Part shown: piece by piece, positions 25,216 through 32,000 of the stretch
Layout: the number at the start of each line of letters is the position of its first letter
Position numbering within the stretch: position 1 is the first letter of the stretch
NCBI RefSeq assembly: GCF_000008665.1
Contig: NC_000917.1
Span: 1,920,001 to 1,952,000, forward strand
Direction of reading: 5' to 3'
Length of the DNA: 32,000 nt
DNA from: Archaeoglobus fulgidus DSM 4304
Lineage (GTDB): Archaea; Halobacteriota; Archaeoglobi; Archaeoglobales; Archaeoglobaceae
Notes under the pieces: model-generated
Told to the model about the DNA's origin: nothing
Seen by the model: only the letters and a program-made list of their open reading frames with translations
Databases searched by the model: none
Position numbers and translations under genes: made by a program

Positions 25216-25221
25216 CCTCGA

Positions 25222-26243
25222 TCAAAACATCCGGCTTAAAATTTTTGCAGTGTTCTCGGGAAGTTCGCCCGATTTTACCATGTTTCGCAGGACTTGCTCA
25301 GCGATTTTGTCCGCTTTCGCTTTGTCGGTCATTTTGAACTCGATTACCAACCACCCGTTTTCGAATTTTCTGCTAACTTTTATTGCTCCAGACTTCTCAA
25401 GCATCGTAGCATATTCTTTCACCCATTTTTTGATTTGCACGTTAGTGCCTTTGGCATCCTTAGCAACGAGGGGGCTAAAGGTTGCTGACATTGCGTTTGG
25501 ACTTCTCGTCAGTTCAATCGATTTCTCGTACGGATTGCAATTAACTTCTTGAACGTAATCATCGTAGTCTGCAACGACGCCCGTTAAATACAGAGATAGA
25601 TAGAGTGTGTTCCCTGCAGGTGAGTTCCAGAAAGTCAGTTCAGCATAATATTCGGCAGCGAACTTGTTGTAGGCGTTGCTCAGGTCACTCTCACTTGGGG
25701 AGGAGCCGTAAAGCGATTTCATGGCCTTTGCAATAAGTTTCGTAGGGATGGCGATCCTCACGAAGTCCCAGTTCCAACCTTTTTCGTGGATGACTCTGCC
25801 GTTCACGTAAAATTCTGCTGTTATGTGATCTATTCCGTATTTCTGTGCAGCGTAGTTTGAGTAACCCACACCGTAGGTGCGATCATTGGGCAGTCCTTGT
25901 CCGTTTCCGTGGGCCACCCTATCCTGCATTAAATGGGCTAGCCATCCTTTTGCGAATGCTTTTTCGTCGGTTCCTTTTGCCAAGCTCAACATTGTGTTCG
26001 CTATTTTGATTGCCTTATTCACGTCTTCACCATGGAATTTTTTACCCCAGTCAACAGAGATCGTATAGCCAGCATCCGGCGCAATGGAGCCAGATAAGTA
26101 TTCCATTTTAAATCCCGGATGGGGGTTTCCAGCTTCTGATGACACCTGACGTGCGTTATGGTTCCCCAAGCCATCACCGGTGTCACTAAACTTCCCAGCA
26201 CTACAAACACCAGCACCAACCCAAGCGCTTTGCTACCCCACAT
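25222..26243 (-). pseudogene. Secreted Zn-dependent phospholipase C / S1-P1 nuclease-fold hydrolase, split by a 1-nt frameshift after the signal peptide
   Basis: ORF 26019..26243 encodes the signal MWGSKALGLVLVFVVLGSLVTPVMA followed by WGTITH (the W1/H6 Zn-ligand pattern). The remaining ligand-like blocks GSIAPDAGY, FHGED, WLAHLMQDRVAHG and DHITAEF lie in ORF 25222..26169, in the -1 frame. Confidence 0.6.
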
Positions 26244-26308
26244 AGTATCACCATTGCATCTTGCAACCTCTTAGCATATAAATCTTTCGTTTATTTCTAT
26301 ATTAAAAA

Positions 26309-26366
26309 GTTTAGATAATATCTAAATGTTTAGATGCGGGCTAAACTGTTTAGACGTTAGCTAAAC
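26309..26366. promoter_or_regulatory. Three abutting 19-20 bp palindromic units, GTTTAG-N7-CTAAA[CT] (operator-like array)
   Basis: Unit 1 is 26309..26327 (GTTTAGataatatCTAAAT). Unit 2 is 26328..26346 (GTTTAGatgcgggCTAAAC). Unit 3 is 26348..26366 (GTTTAGacgttagCTAAAC). The array sits between the TATA-like box of the PLC-like gene (26275..26282, minus) and a plus-strand TATA-like box (~26395..26405). Confidence 0.6.
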
Positions 26367-26581
26367 GGTCTTATACTTGAGCTATCATAAGGCAATTTTT
26401 TAATACTTTGCACATAGCATCAAATATGCTCATGCACCTGCTAACGTCAAAGAGGGGAATTGAGGTGCTCAAAGCTCTTGCATCAGGTCCCAAGAGCAGA
26501 ACTGTTTGAGTATGTTAAAGTGAACTCTGCGAGATTGGGGTTTAGATTTACTGGAATAGTTCAGAAGCAACAAATGTTTTA

Positions 26582-26602
26582 AAATATTACTGACAAATTG
26601 CT
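26582..26602 (+). repeat. Right copy of the perfect 21-bp direct repeat AAATATTACTGACAAATTGCT
   Basis: Identical to 19848..19868. It overlaps TTTAAAATA (26578..26586), a TATA-like box 23 nt upstream of the ATG at 26605. Confidence 0.9.
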
Positions 26603-26604
26603 CT

Positions 26605-27429
26605 ATGAACAGGATTGCTAAACTCCTCAAAACGAAGTATCCGATAGTTCAGGGCCCGATGGCCGGAATAACTCTCGGAGAATTTGCTTCTACAGTGTCT
26701 GAGGCTGGCGGGCTTGGAGTTATAGCTTCTGCCGGCCTTTCGCCTGAAAAACTAAAAGAGGAGATAGAGAAAGTTAAGAACAGGACTGATAAGCCCTTCG
26801 CCGTGAACATTCCAATATATCAGCCCGGCTCGGAGAAGAATCTTGAGACTGCACTTAAAGCTGATGTTGGGATTATTTACACCTCTGCAGGAAGCCCGGA
26901 GAAATACACTGAGAGAGTAAAGGAATCCGGGGCAAAAGTCATACACAAGGTGTCGAGGTTGAAAGAGGGGCTGAAAGCGGAGAAGGCGGGAGTGGATGCT
27001 GTGGTTGCGATGGGCTTTGAGGCGGGAGGGATTATAGGGAGGAGTGGTGTAACATCCTTCTGCTTGATTCCTGAGCTTGCCGACAACCTCAGCATTCCAG
27101 TTGTAGCCGCTGGCGGGATAGCAGATGAGAGGGGATTTGCTGCAGCCCTGATTCTCGGAGCGGAAGGTGTTGAGATTGGCACGAGACTGCTTGCAACCAA
27201 AGAGTGTCCCGTGCCGGAAAGCATTAAGCAAGCTATTTTAAAAGCCACCTGCGACTCCACGATGGTTATTGAGAGCCCGGTTGTAATGAGAGCTCTCAAG
27301 CCAGAGCTGAGCGGAGATTCTGAGAATCCTGCTCTGGGAGGGCAGGTTTCAGGGCTGATTAAGGAGATTCTTACGGTTGAAGAGGTAATCAGGAAAATTG
27401 CAGAGGGGCTGAATAAAGCTAAATTCTAA
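26605..27429 (+). CDS. Nitronate monooxygenase / FabK-like FMN-dependent oxidoreductase (NMO family)
   Basis: YPIVQGPMAGITLGEFASTVSEAGGLGVIA, and later AGGIADERGFAAALILGAEGVEIGTRLL. These are typical NMO (2-nitropropane dioxygenase-like) TIM-barrel blocks. Confidence 0.85.
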   Translation: MNRIAKLLKTKYPIVQGPMAGITLGEFASTVSEAGGLGVIASAGLSPEKLKEEIEKVKNRTDKPFAVNIPIYQPGSEKNLETALKADVGIIYTSAGSPEKYTERVKESGAKVIHKVSRLKEGLKAEKAGVDAVVAMGFEAGGIIGRSGVTSFCLIPELADNLSIPVVAAGGIADERGFAAALILGAEGVEIGTRLLATKECPVPESIKQAILKATCDSTMVIESPVVMRALKPELSGDSENPALGGQVSGLIKEILTVEEVIRKIAEGLNKAKF

Positions 27430-27453
27430 GTTGGGGCTTCTTGTTTCCTCTCC

Positions 27454-27948
27454 TATGTATTCATCATCAAACAAATGCCGTCAATAAGCTTTATACCCTC
27501 CTCTTTGCATGCCCTCTTAAAATCACCATCAAACGAAATCAGATATTTTACTCCATAAAATTTACAGGTGGAAAGGATTATAGCGTCATTTGGCAATAAA
27601 CCATCTTCTTTACAAATTCGTAGGCCAGATTTCTGATTTCCCTGTTAATTTCCAGTTCCTCAAAAATCTCAAAAAGCATGAAAAGCTCTTCCAGTTCATT
27701 TTCCCTCTCTATGATCAGTTCTGGATTCTTTTTCAGTTCGTAGGTTCTTTTTTCCAGTAATAGCCTTTAAATACACGAGGAAAACCTAGCTAAAAACGAT
27801 AGCGTTTGAGCAGAGTTTGTATAGTGCAATGCTATTTAAAGGATTTTACACCTCAGAATTAAGAGAATGAGTTTTTACGAATATAGGTTTAAGCTGCGTT
27901 TTTCTTTCTGCATTCACAGCCTTAACCCAACCAGATTCGAGAACCATT
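27454..27948 (-). pseudogene. Decayed PIN-domain (VapC-like) gene with several frame disruptions
   Basis: Hand translation gives three pieces. MVLESGWVKAVNAERK... runs from 27948. ...LEINREIRNLAYEFVKK spans 27761..27579. In the -1 frame DGLLPNDAIILSTCKFYGVKYLISFDGDFKRACKEEGIKLI* spans 27606..27454 and is a classic PIN C-terminal half. Confidence 0.5.
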
Positions 27949-27969
27949 AACCCGAATTTGGCAAAATAG

Positions 27970-28791
27970 TCATAGGCAGTACTTCCTAACCTCACAGAAC
28001 CTGCACTTCCAGTTTTCTCTTGTTTTTAAAGCCTCCCTCTCTCCCGCCCAGTACTCCCTCGAAAATTGCAGAATCCTCTCAATTTCCTCCCTCTGAGCTT
28101 TAAACCTCACCTCACCTATCCTCTCACCAGTCTTCTGGCTTTCGTAAATAACCACGACCTCCTCATCAAGTTCAGGAATCATGGGGAGCTTTGAGTCCAG
28201 CGTTCTGAGCATGGCCTTAACATTCCTCTCTGTCATCCCCACAGCTTGAGAGAACTCCTTGCTGATTGCTGCTCTCTCCACGACACCATAGGCCCTCTTC
28301 ACATTCCTACTGACCTTCTGTCTCCTCGCCTCATCAAGCATTAGGTGGTAAAGAAGCCCCTGAACTTTGTGTGATTCATTCTCAGGCACCTCTTCCCTCA
28401 GCCTCGTCTTCCTTTCCACCACCTGAGTTCTACCACCCTTTTTCCTGATTTCGTCGATGGAACCGCTGAGATACCACCTCCAGCCGTCACCATCAACTTT
28501 TGTAACGAGAAAAACCTCCCTGCCAAGGCCAGATTTAAGAAAGCTCTCAATGGAAAGGTTGGTGAAGTAAATCTGCCCGCCCAACCAGTCGATGAAGTTT
28601 TTGGGCCTCGGAAGGCTTGCTTTGCCAGATATTTCATCGTGAATTCTCTTTCCTTTCCGAACAAGAGCGTTCGAGGGCTTTATGTCGTAAAGAAGCTTCA
28701 GCTCAACTTTCATCTCGCACCAGAATTGCTCTGCAATCTTACCAACTGAAATAACCCTTTTGTGCTTCCTCTTAAGTCGGGAGAGCTTCAC
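27970..28791 (-). CDS. Stand-alone Cas4-like PD-(D/E)xK nuclease with a four-Cys Fe-S cluster signature
   Basis: N-terminal Cys in EQFWCEMK. Nuclease motifs GSIDEI...VVERKT (D...ExK) and QGLLYHLML (QxxxY). C-terminal WKCRFCEVRKYC (Cx2Cx5C). GTG start. Confidence 0.75.
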   Translation of the reverse strand: MKLSRLKRKHKRVISVGKIAEQFWCEMKVELKLLYDIKPSNALVRKGKRIHDEISGKASLPRPKNFIDWLGGQIYFTNLSIESFLKSGLGREVFLVTKVDGDGWRWYLSGSIDEIRKKGGRTQVVERKTRLREEVPENESHKVQGLLYHLMLDEARRQKVSRNVKRAYGVVERAAISKEFSQAVGMTERNVKAMLRTLDSKLPMIPELDEEVVVIYESQKTGERIGEVRFKAQREEIERILQFSREYWAGEREALKTRENWKCRFCEVRKYCL

Positions 28792-28812
28792 TTACCTATG
28801 TGACAGCAAGAG

Positions 28813-29688
28813 TTAAAGTAATTTACTGAAAATGGCATCGGCGAAAATGGCTGCAAGAAGTGCCGAGCTGACGAGGGCATTGACGTAAAAGAAGGCAATC
28901 TGAATTTTTGCCTCATCGTAGCCATCCCTGACAATGTAATGCTCGTAGAAGAGCAAAAGGGCGATTAAAGGAAGAAAAAGCTCTGCAAGCTTAGCGTTAT
29001 GGATTTGAAGGGCGATGGCGATGAGGGCGAAGAAGATGACGTGGTTTAGCCTTGAAAGCCAGAGGGCAGCTCTAACACCAAAATGAGCACCAATTGAGTG
29101 AAGGTTGTTGCTGCGGTCGAAATCCACATCCTGAAGGCCGTATATCATGTCGAAGCCAGCAACCCAGAACATCACAGCTACACCAATAAGAGTGGGGACG
29201 AGCTCGCTGCCGAAAATGTCGATTGAGTCTGTGACGGCAATCCACCCTCCCAGCGGGGCAAAAGCAAGGTTCAGGCCGAGAACGTAGTGGCAGAGGCAGG
29301 TGAAGCGCTTGAGGTAGGGATAGATGTAGGCAGTTATTGCGGGGATTGGGGAGAGCATGAGGGCAGTTTTGTTGATGAGTGCAGCTGAGATGAAGTAAAT
29401 CGCAAGAGCCAAAAATGCTATGGTATAGGCTTCCTTCAGGCTAATGAGGCCAGCTGGGAGATGTCTCATCGCCGTTCTGGGATTCTTTGCATCAATCTCC
29501 CTATCTATAATCCTGTTGAAGGTCATCGCTGCCGTTCTAAGGCCGGTGAAGGCTGTTAAAATCAAAAAAGCCAGCCTGAGGCTTATAAGTCCCCCCTCTG
29601 CGAGAAAGGCTCCAGCGTAGGCGAACGGGAGGGCGAAGAGCGTGTGCTCGATCTTTATGAAGTCCAGATACATCTTAATTCGCTGCAT
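28813..29688 (-). CDS. UbiA-family aromatic or isoprenoid prenyltransferase
   Basis: NRIIDREIDAKNPRT (NxxxDxxxD), a second Asp-rich motif DMIYGLQDVDFD, and about 8-9 TM helices. Confidence 0.85.
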   Translation of the reverse strand: MQRIKMYLDFIKIEHTLFALPFAYAGAFLAEGGLISLRLAFLILTAFTGLRTAAMTFNRIIDREIDAKNPRTAMRHLPAGLISLKEAYTIAFLALAIYFISAALINKTALMLSPIPAITAYIYPYLKRFTCLCHYVLGLNLAFAPLGGWIAVTDSIDIFGSELVPTLIGVAVMFWVAGFDMIYGLQDVDFDRSNNLHSIGAHFGVRAALWLSRLNHVIFFALIAIALQIHNAKLAELFLPLIALLLFYEHYIVRDGYDEAKIQIAFFYVNALVSSALLAAIFADAIFSKLL

Positions 29689-30610
29689 TCTGAATCACGC
29701 CCATTACCTTCTCGTGAAGCTCCTTCAGAATCTTCCTCCTGTCCTCCATAAGCACTACGTCCTGCTCTCCCAGCAGGTACATGTTGAAGGCGAAGGGAGA
29801 GGGATAGGGCGTTCTTACAATCACAAGCTCCATCTCTCTGCCAACCTTTGCCAGAAACTCCATCGCATCCTCAATGTTCATTGCATCCTCCATTATCTCC
29901 CTGTAGGTCTCCTTAAGCACGGGGAAGTCGGGGTAGTAGCGCCTTAAAAAGCTTAGTATTGAGTCCGCAGAGAACTGCTGCCTCCAGACACTCTTCTCCC
30001 TCCCCATGTAGTTCCTCAGAATCATCAGGCTTCTCACCGCAACATGCCTGAACCTCCTCCTCAGAATCTCTGTCCTGTCCAAAGCTTTTCTCAGATGGCC
30101 CTCAAACTCAGGGATGACGAAGAGCCCCTCAATCTCCGCATCGCTGAGCCTTTTGTAAGATGGAAGGATGAGGACAAAGCCGTTATCGTTTATCCCCATC
30201 TGAACGTTGCAGTTCTTGATTAAACCTGCCCTGTAGGCAAAAACCCTCGCAATTGCGCTGTTCGCCCTTCTCCCAATCAGAGTGTGGAAGAAGTAGTAGT
30301 TCCTCTCCGCTTCGTACTTCTCCACCACCAGCTTGCTGTCAGTCGGAATTTCGCTGAATAGCTTCTGCTCCATGAAGTAGCGGTAGATGGCGTTGGCAGC
30401 GTTTCTCTCAATCTCGAAGTTTTCCATAAGAATGGCAATAATTTCCTCCCTGCTTTTCTTCTCAAGCATTTCCTCCATCCAGCCCCTGAACTTCCTTATC
30501 CTCTCAGCTAAATCGTAGCTTAAAGGCAGCTGCTCGCTGAACCAGCTTGGGACGGTGGGCTTCTCCCCCTCAACCTCCTCGACGATGATGCTCATTCCCT
30601 TGGCCTTCAA
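29675..30610 (-). CDS. lhr: Lhr-type helicase, C-terminal portion (separated from the core by a frameshift)
   Basis: The frame stays open upstream of the TTG at 30610 and reads ...[50 protein letters not shown]. This is the segment that follows the helicase core in Lhr-family proteins. Confidence 0.7.
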   Translation of the reverse strand: MKAKGMSIIVEEVEGEKPTVPSWFSEQLPLSYDLAERIRKFRGWMEEMLEKKSREEIIAILMENFEIERNAANAIYRYFMEQKLFSEIPTDSKLVVEKYEAERNYYFFHTLIGRRANSAIARVFAYRAGLIKNCNVQMGINDNGFVLILPSYKRLSDAEIEGLFVIPEFEGHLRKALDRTEILRRRFRHVAVRSLMILRNYMGREKSVWRQQFSADSILSFLRRYYPDFPVLKETYREIMEDAMNIEDAMEFLAKVGREMELVIVRTPYPSPFAFNMYLLGEQDVVLMEDRRKILKELHEKVMGVIQNAAN

Positions 30611-32000
30611 AAACCTGAAGGTCTTTCCTGCAAGACGAAAATGTCTCCCGGCAGTAAATTCTCGGCAAACTCTTCCTCAACCTTTCCAACTCTCTTTCCG
30701 TCCTTTGTGATTACCTTCACAGCCACCTCGTCGGGAATCGTGCCAGTGTTGAGGTAGTAAATCGGCCTGATCATCTTCCCTCTTCTTCCGAAAACGCCCT
30801 CTTCCTCGTCAAACCAGATTTTCGCATAAACCTTCTTCTTTTCCAGCTCGGAGAAGTTGCCGGAGAGGTATCTCAGCACGGAGAGAAACTCCTCCCTCGT
30901 TAACTCTCTGTAGGGATAGGCGTTTCTGATCAGGGCAAGGGCCTCATCAACGCTCCAGACTTTCTCAATGGCCATTCCAACGACATGCTGGCACAGCACA
31001 TCGAGACACTTCCTCGGTATCTTTACTCTGTCCAGCCTCCTCTCCCTCGCCTCTTTCGCCAAAACTGTGCACTCAACGAGGTCGTCCTGATCAACGACCA
31101 CAATTCTGCCAACACTCACCTCATGCAGCCTGTGCCCGCTTCTCCCGATTCTCTGCAAAGCCCTGTTTATGCTCTTGGGCGAGCCCAGCAGAATGACGAG
31201 GTCGATGTATCCTATGTCAATGCCGAGCTCAAGGCTCGTTGAGGAGACAACGCATCTCAGCTCCCCGTTCTTCAGCTCGTTCTCCACCTCAAGCCTCACT
31301 TCCTTGGAGAGGGAGCTGTGGTGAGCTTTTATTGGGAAATCCTTCAACCTCTTCTTGAGGTGGTAAACCACTCTCTCTGTCGCGCTACGCGTGTTTGTGA
31401 AAATCAGCGTGGTTTTCGAGCTTTTTACGTACTCCGCAAGCAAGTCGTAAAGCCTGTCGCTTATTTCTTCAGCACTGGCGGAGAAAAAGTCGTTTATAGG
31501 AGAGACAACCTTTATGTCCATCGGCTTCTCGAAGGTGACATCAGCTATCACGCAGTCTCTCTCCTCACCGTAGTTGTATCCCACCAAGAACCTCGCAATC
31601 TCCTCAAGGGGCGATATGGTGGCAGAAAGGCCTATTCTTACCATCTCTCCCTCCTGAATTCTCTGCAGCCTCTCCATTGAGAGGGTTAGGTGAACTCCCC
31701 TCTTGTTCTCCGCAATTGCATGGATTTCGTCAACGATGAGAAATCTGACGTTCGTGAGGGACTTGCTGAACTTGGGGCTGCAGAGAACGATTGCGAGGGT
31801 TTCTGGAGTTGTAATCAGAATGTGAGGTGGTTTTCTCGCCTGCTTCTGCTTTTCAGCAGCATCCGTATCGCCTGTTCTGACAGCAGCTCTTATTTTCTGC
31901 AGCTTGATTCCCTTTTTCTCAGCAAGGGCGTAAATCTCCTCAAGCGGCTCCTCAAGGTTCTTCCTTATGTCGTTGTTTAGGGCTTTAAGGGGAGAGACGT
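30607..32000 (-). CDS. lhr: Lhr-type DExH helicase core; 5' end beyond the window
   Basis: Hand translation upstream of the track Met (31677) is open to the window edge: [15 protein letters not shown]...[28 protein letters not shown]...[19 protein letters not shown] (motifs Ia, Ib, II DEIH). Further motifs are GLSATI (III), [17 protein letters not shown] and LQRIGRSGH (VI). Confidence 0.85.
   Translation of the reverse strand, partial: VSPLKALNNDIRKNLEEPLEEIYALAEKKGIKLQKIRAAVRTGDTDAAEKQKQARKPPHILITTPETLAIVLCSPKFSKSLTNVRFLIVDEIHAIAENKRGVHLTLSMERLQRIQEGEMVRIGLSATISPLEEIARFLVGYNYGEERDCVIADVTFEKPMDIKVVSPINDFFSASAEEISDRLYDLLAEYVKSSKTTLIFTNTRSATERVVYHLKKRLKDFPIKAHHSSLSKEVRLEVENELKNGELRCVVSSTSLELGIDIGYIDLVILLGSPKSINRALQRIGRSGHRLHEVSVGRIVVVDQDDLVECTVLAKEARERRLDRVKIPRKCLDVLCQHVVGMAIEKVWSVDEALALIRNAYPYRELTREEFLSVLRYLSGNFSELEKKKVYAKIWFDEEEGVFGRRGKMIRPIYYLNTGTIPDEVAVKVITKDGKRVGKVEEEFAENLLPGDIFVLQERPSGF

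Noticed and set aside
26309-26366. Considered whether the three 19-20 bp repeats are a mini CRISPR array.
   Set aside because: The units abut each other with no spacers and are shorter than CRISPR repeats. There is no leader or cas context. An operator-like tandem palindrome is the better description.
19869-26581. Looked for an integrase, recombinase, replication or conjugation gene inside the repeat-bracketed block.
   Set aside because: None of the ORFs shows tyrosine or serine recombinase or Rep motifs. The mobile-element interpretation therefore rests only on the direct repeat and the gene content.
26464-26604. The NMO reading frame stays open upstream to 26464, with in-frame ATGs at 26512 and 26575, so a longer N-terminus is formally possible.
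   Set aside because: The extension (..CLSMLKVNSARLGFRFTGIVQKQQMFKILLTNCS) does not resemble NMO N-termini. It contains the TATA-like TTTAAAATA box 23 nt upstream of 26605. The conserved YPIVQGPMAG block follows 26605 at the usual distance.
1-32000. Many track ORFs lying antisense to, or out of frame within, strong genes. Examples: 726..1211(+), 1137..1454(-), 2002..2295(-), 3190..3426(+), 3916..4326(+), 4696..4908(+), 8256..8504(+), 11601..11885(+), 13839..14286(+, three ORFs), 14507..14824(+), 15183..15948 (several), 16482..16787(+), 18060..18347(+), 18754..19316(+, several), 20478..21403(+), 22110..22604(+), 23540..24123(+), 26752..27299(-), 30985..31680(+).
   Set aside because: Each is fully overlapped by a gene with clear family motifs on the other strand or frame. 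Their products are Arg/Ser/Pro/Leu-rich and low-complexity, typical of shadow frames. None has a recognisable motif or a promoter/Shine-Dalgarno context.

Overview
Gene-dense archaeal chromosomal segment, mostly transcribed on the minus strand. The CCA-adding enzyme, SerB and IS630-type element look Archaeoglobus-like to me; that is recognition from memory, not a search. Roughly 0-19.8 kb is mostly housekeeping. It holds two paralogous membrane proteins, an ArsR-like regulator, a CDF transporter and ACT-ACT-SerB. It also holds an IS630-family element with an A7 run at the orfA/orfB junction, and a redox operon (glutaredoxin-like, thioredoxin, TrmB-like HTH, an unlisted 56-aa 2x[4Fe-4S] ferredoxin, unknown protein). 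Further genes are a DRG GTPase, three MBL-fold hydrolases, a DUF47-like protein, MoaC, PncA and S8e. A seven-gene translationally coupled operon joins ThpR/LigT, CCA-adding enzyme and a short ElaC/PhnP-like MBL enzyme to membrane and PGF-CTERM-like proteins. The most interesting part is a ~6.7 kb accessory block (about 19.85-26.6 kb) bracketed by a perfect 21-bp direct repeat. It contains a tandemly duplicated two-gene module (predicted His-Cys clan-CD-like peptidase plus a small 4-TM protein) that I cannot assign to a named family. It also contains a HEPN/MNT pair with an operator-like palindrome cluster, three secreted or anchored proteins (Kelch propeller, sequon-rich protein, frameshifted Zn-PLC/S1-P1-like hydrolase), and three abutting GTTTAG-N7-CTAAAC palindromes next to a decayed wHTH remnant. 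The right end carries a nitronate-monooxygenase-like gene, a decayed PIN gene, a stand-alone Cas4-like nuclease, a UbiA prenyltransferase and an Lhr-type helicase split by a 1-nt frameshift. I found no rRNA, tRNA or CRISPR array. At least seven apparent frameshifts occur in the window, so resequencing evidence matters for several calls.
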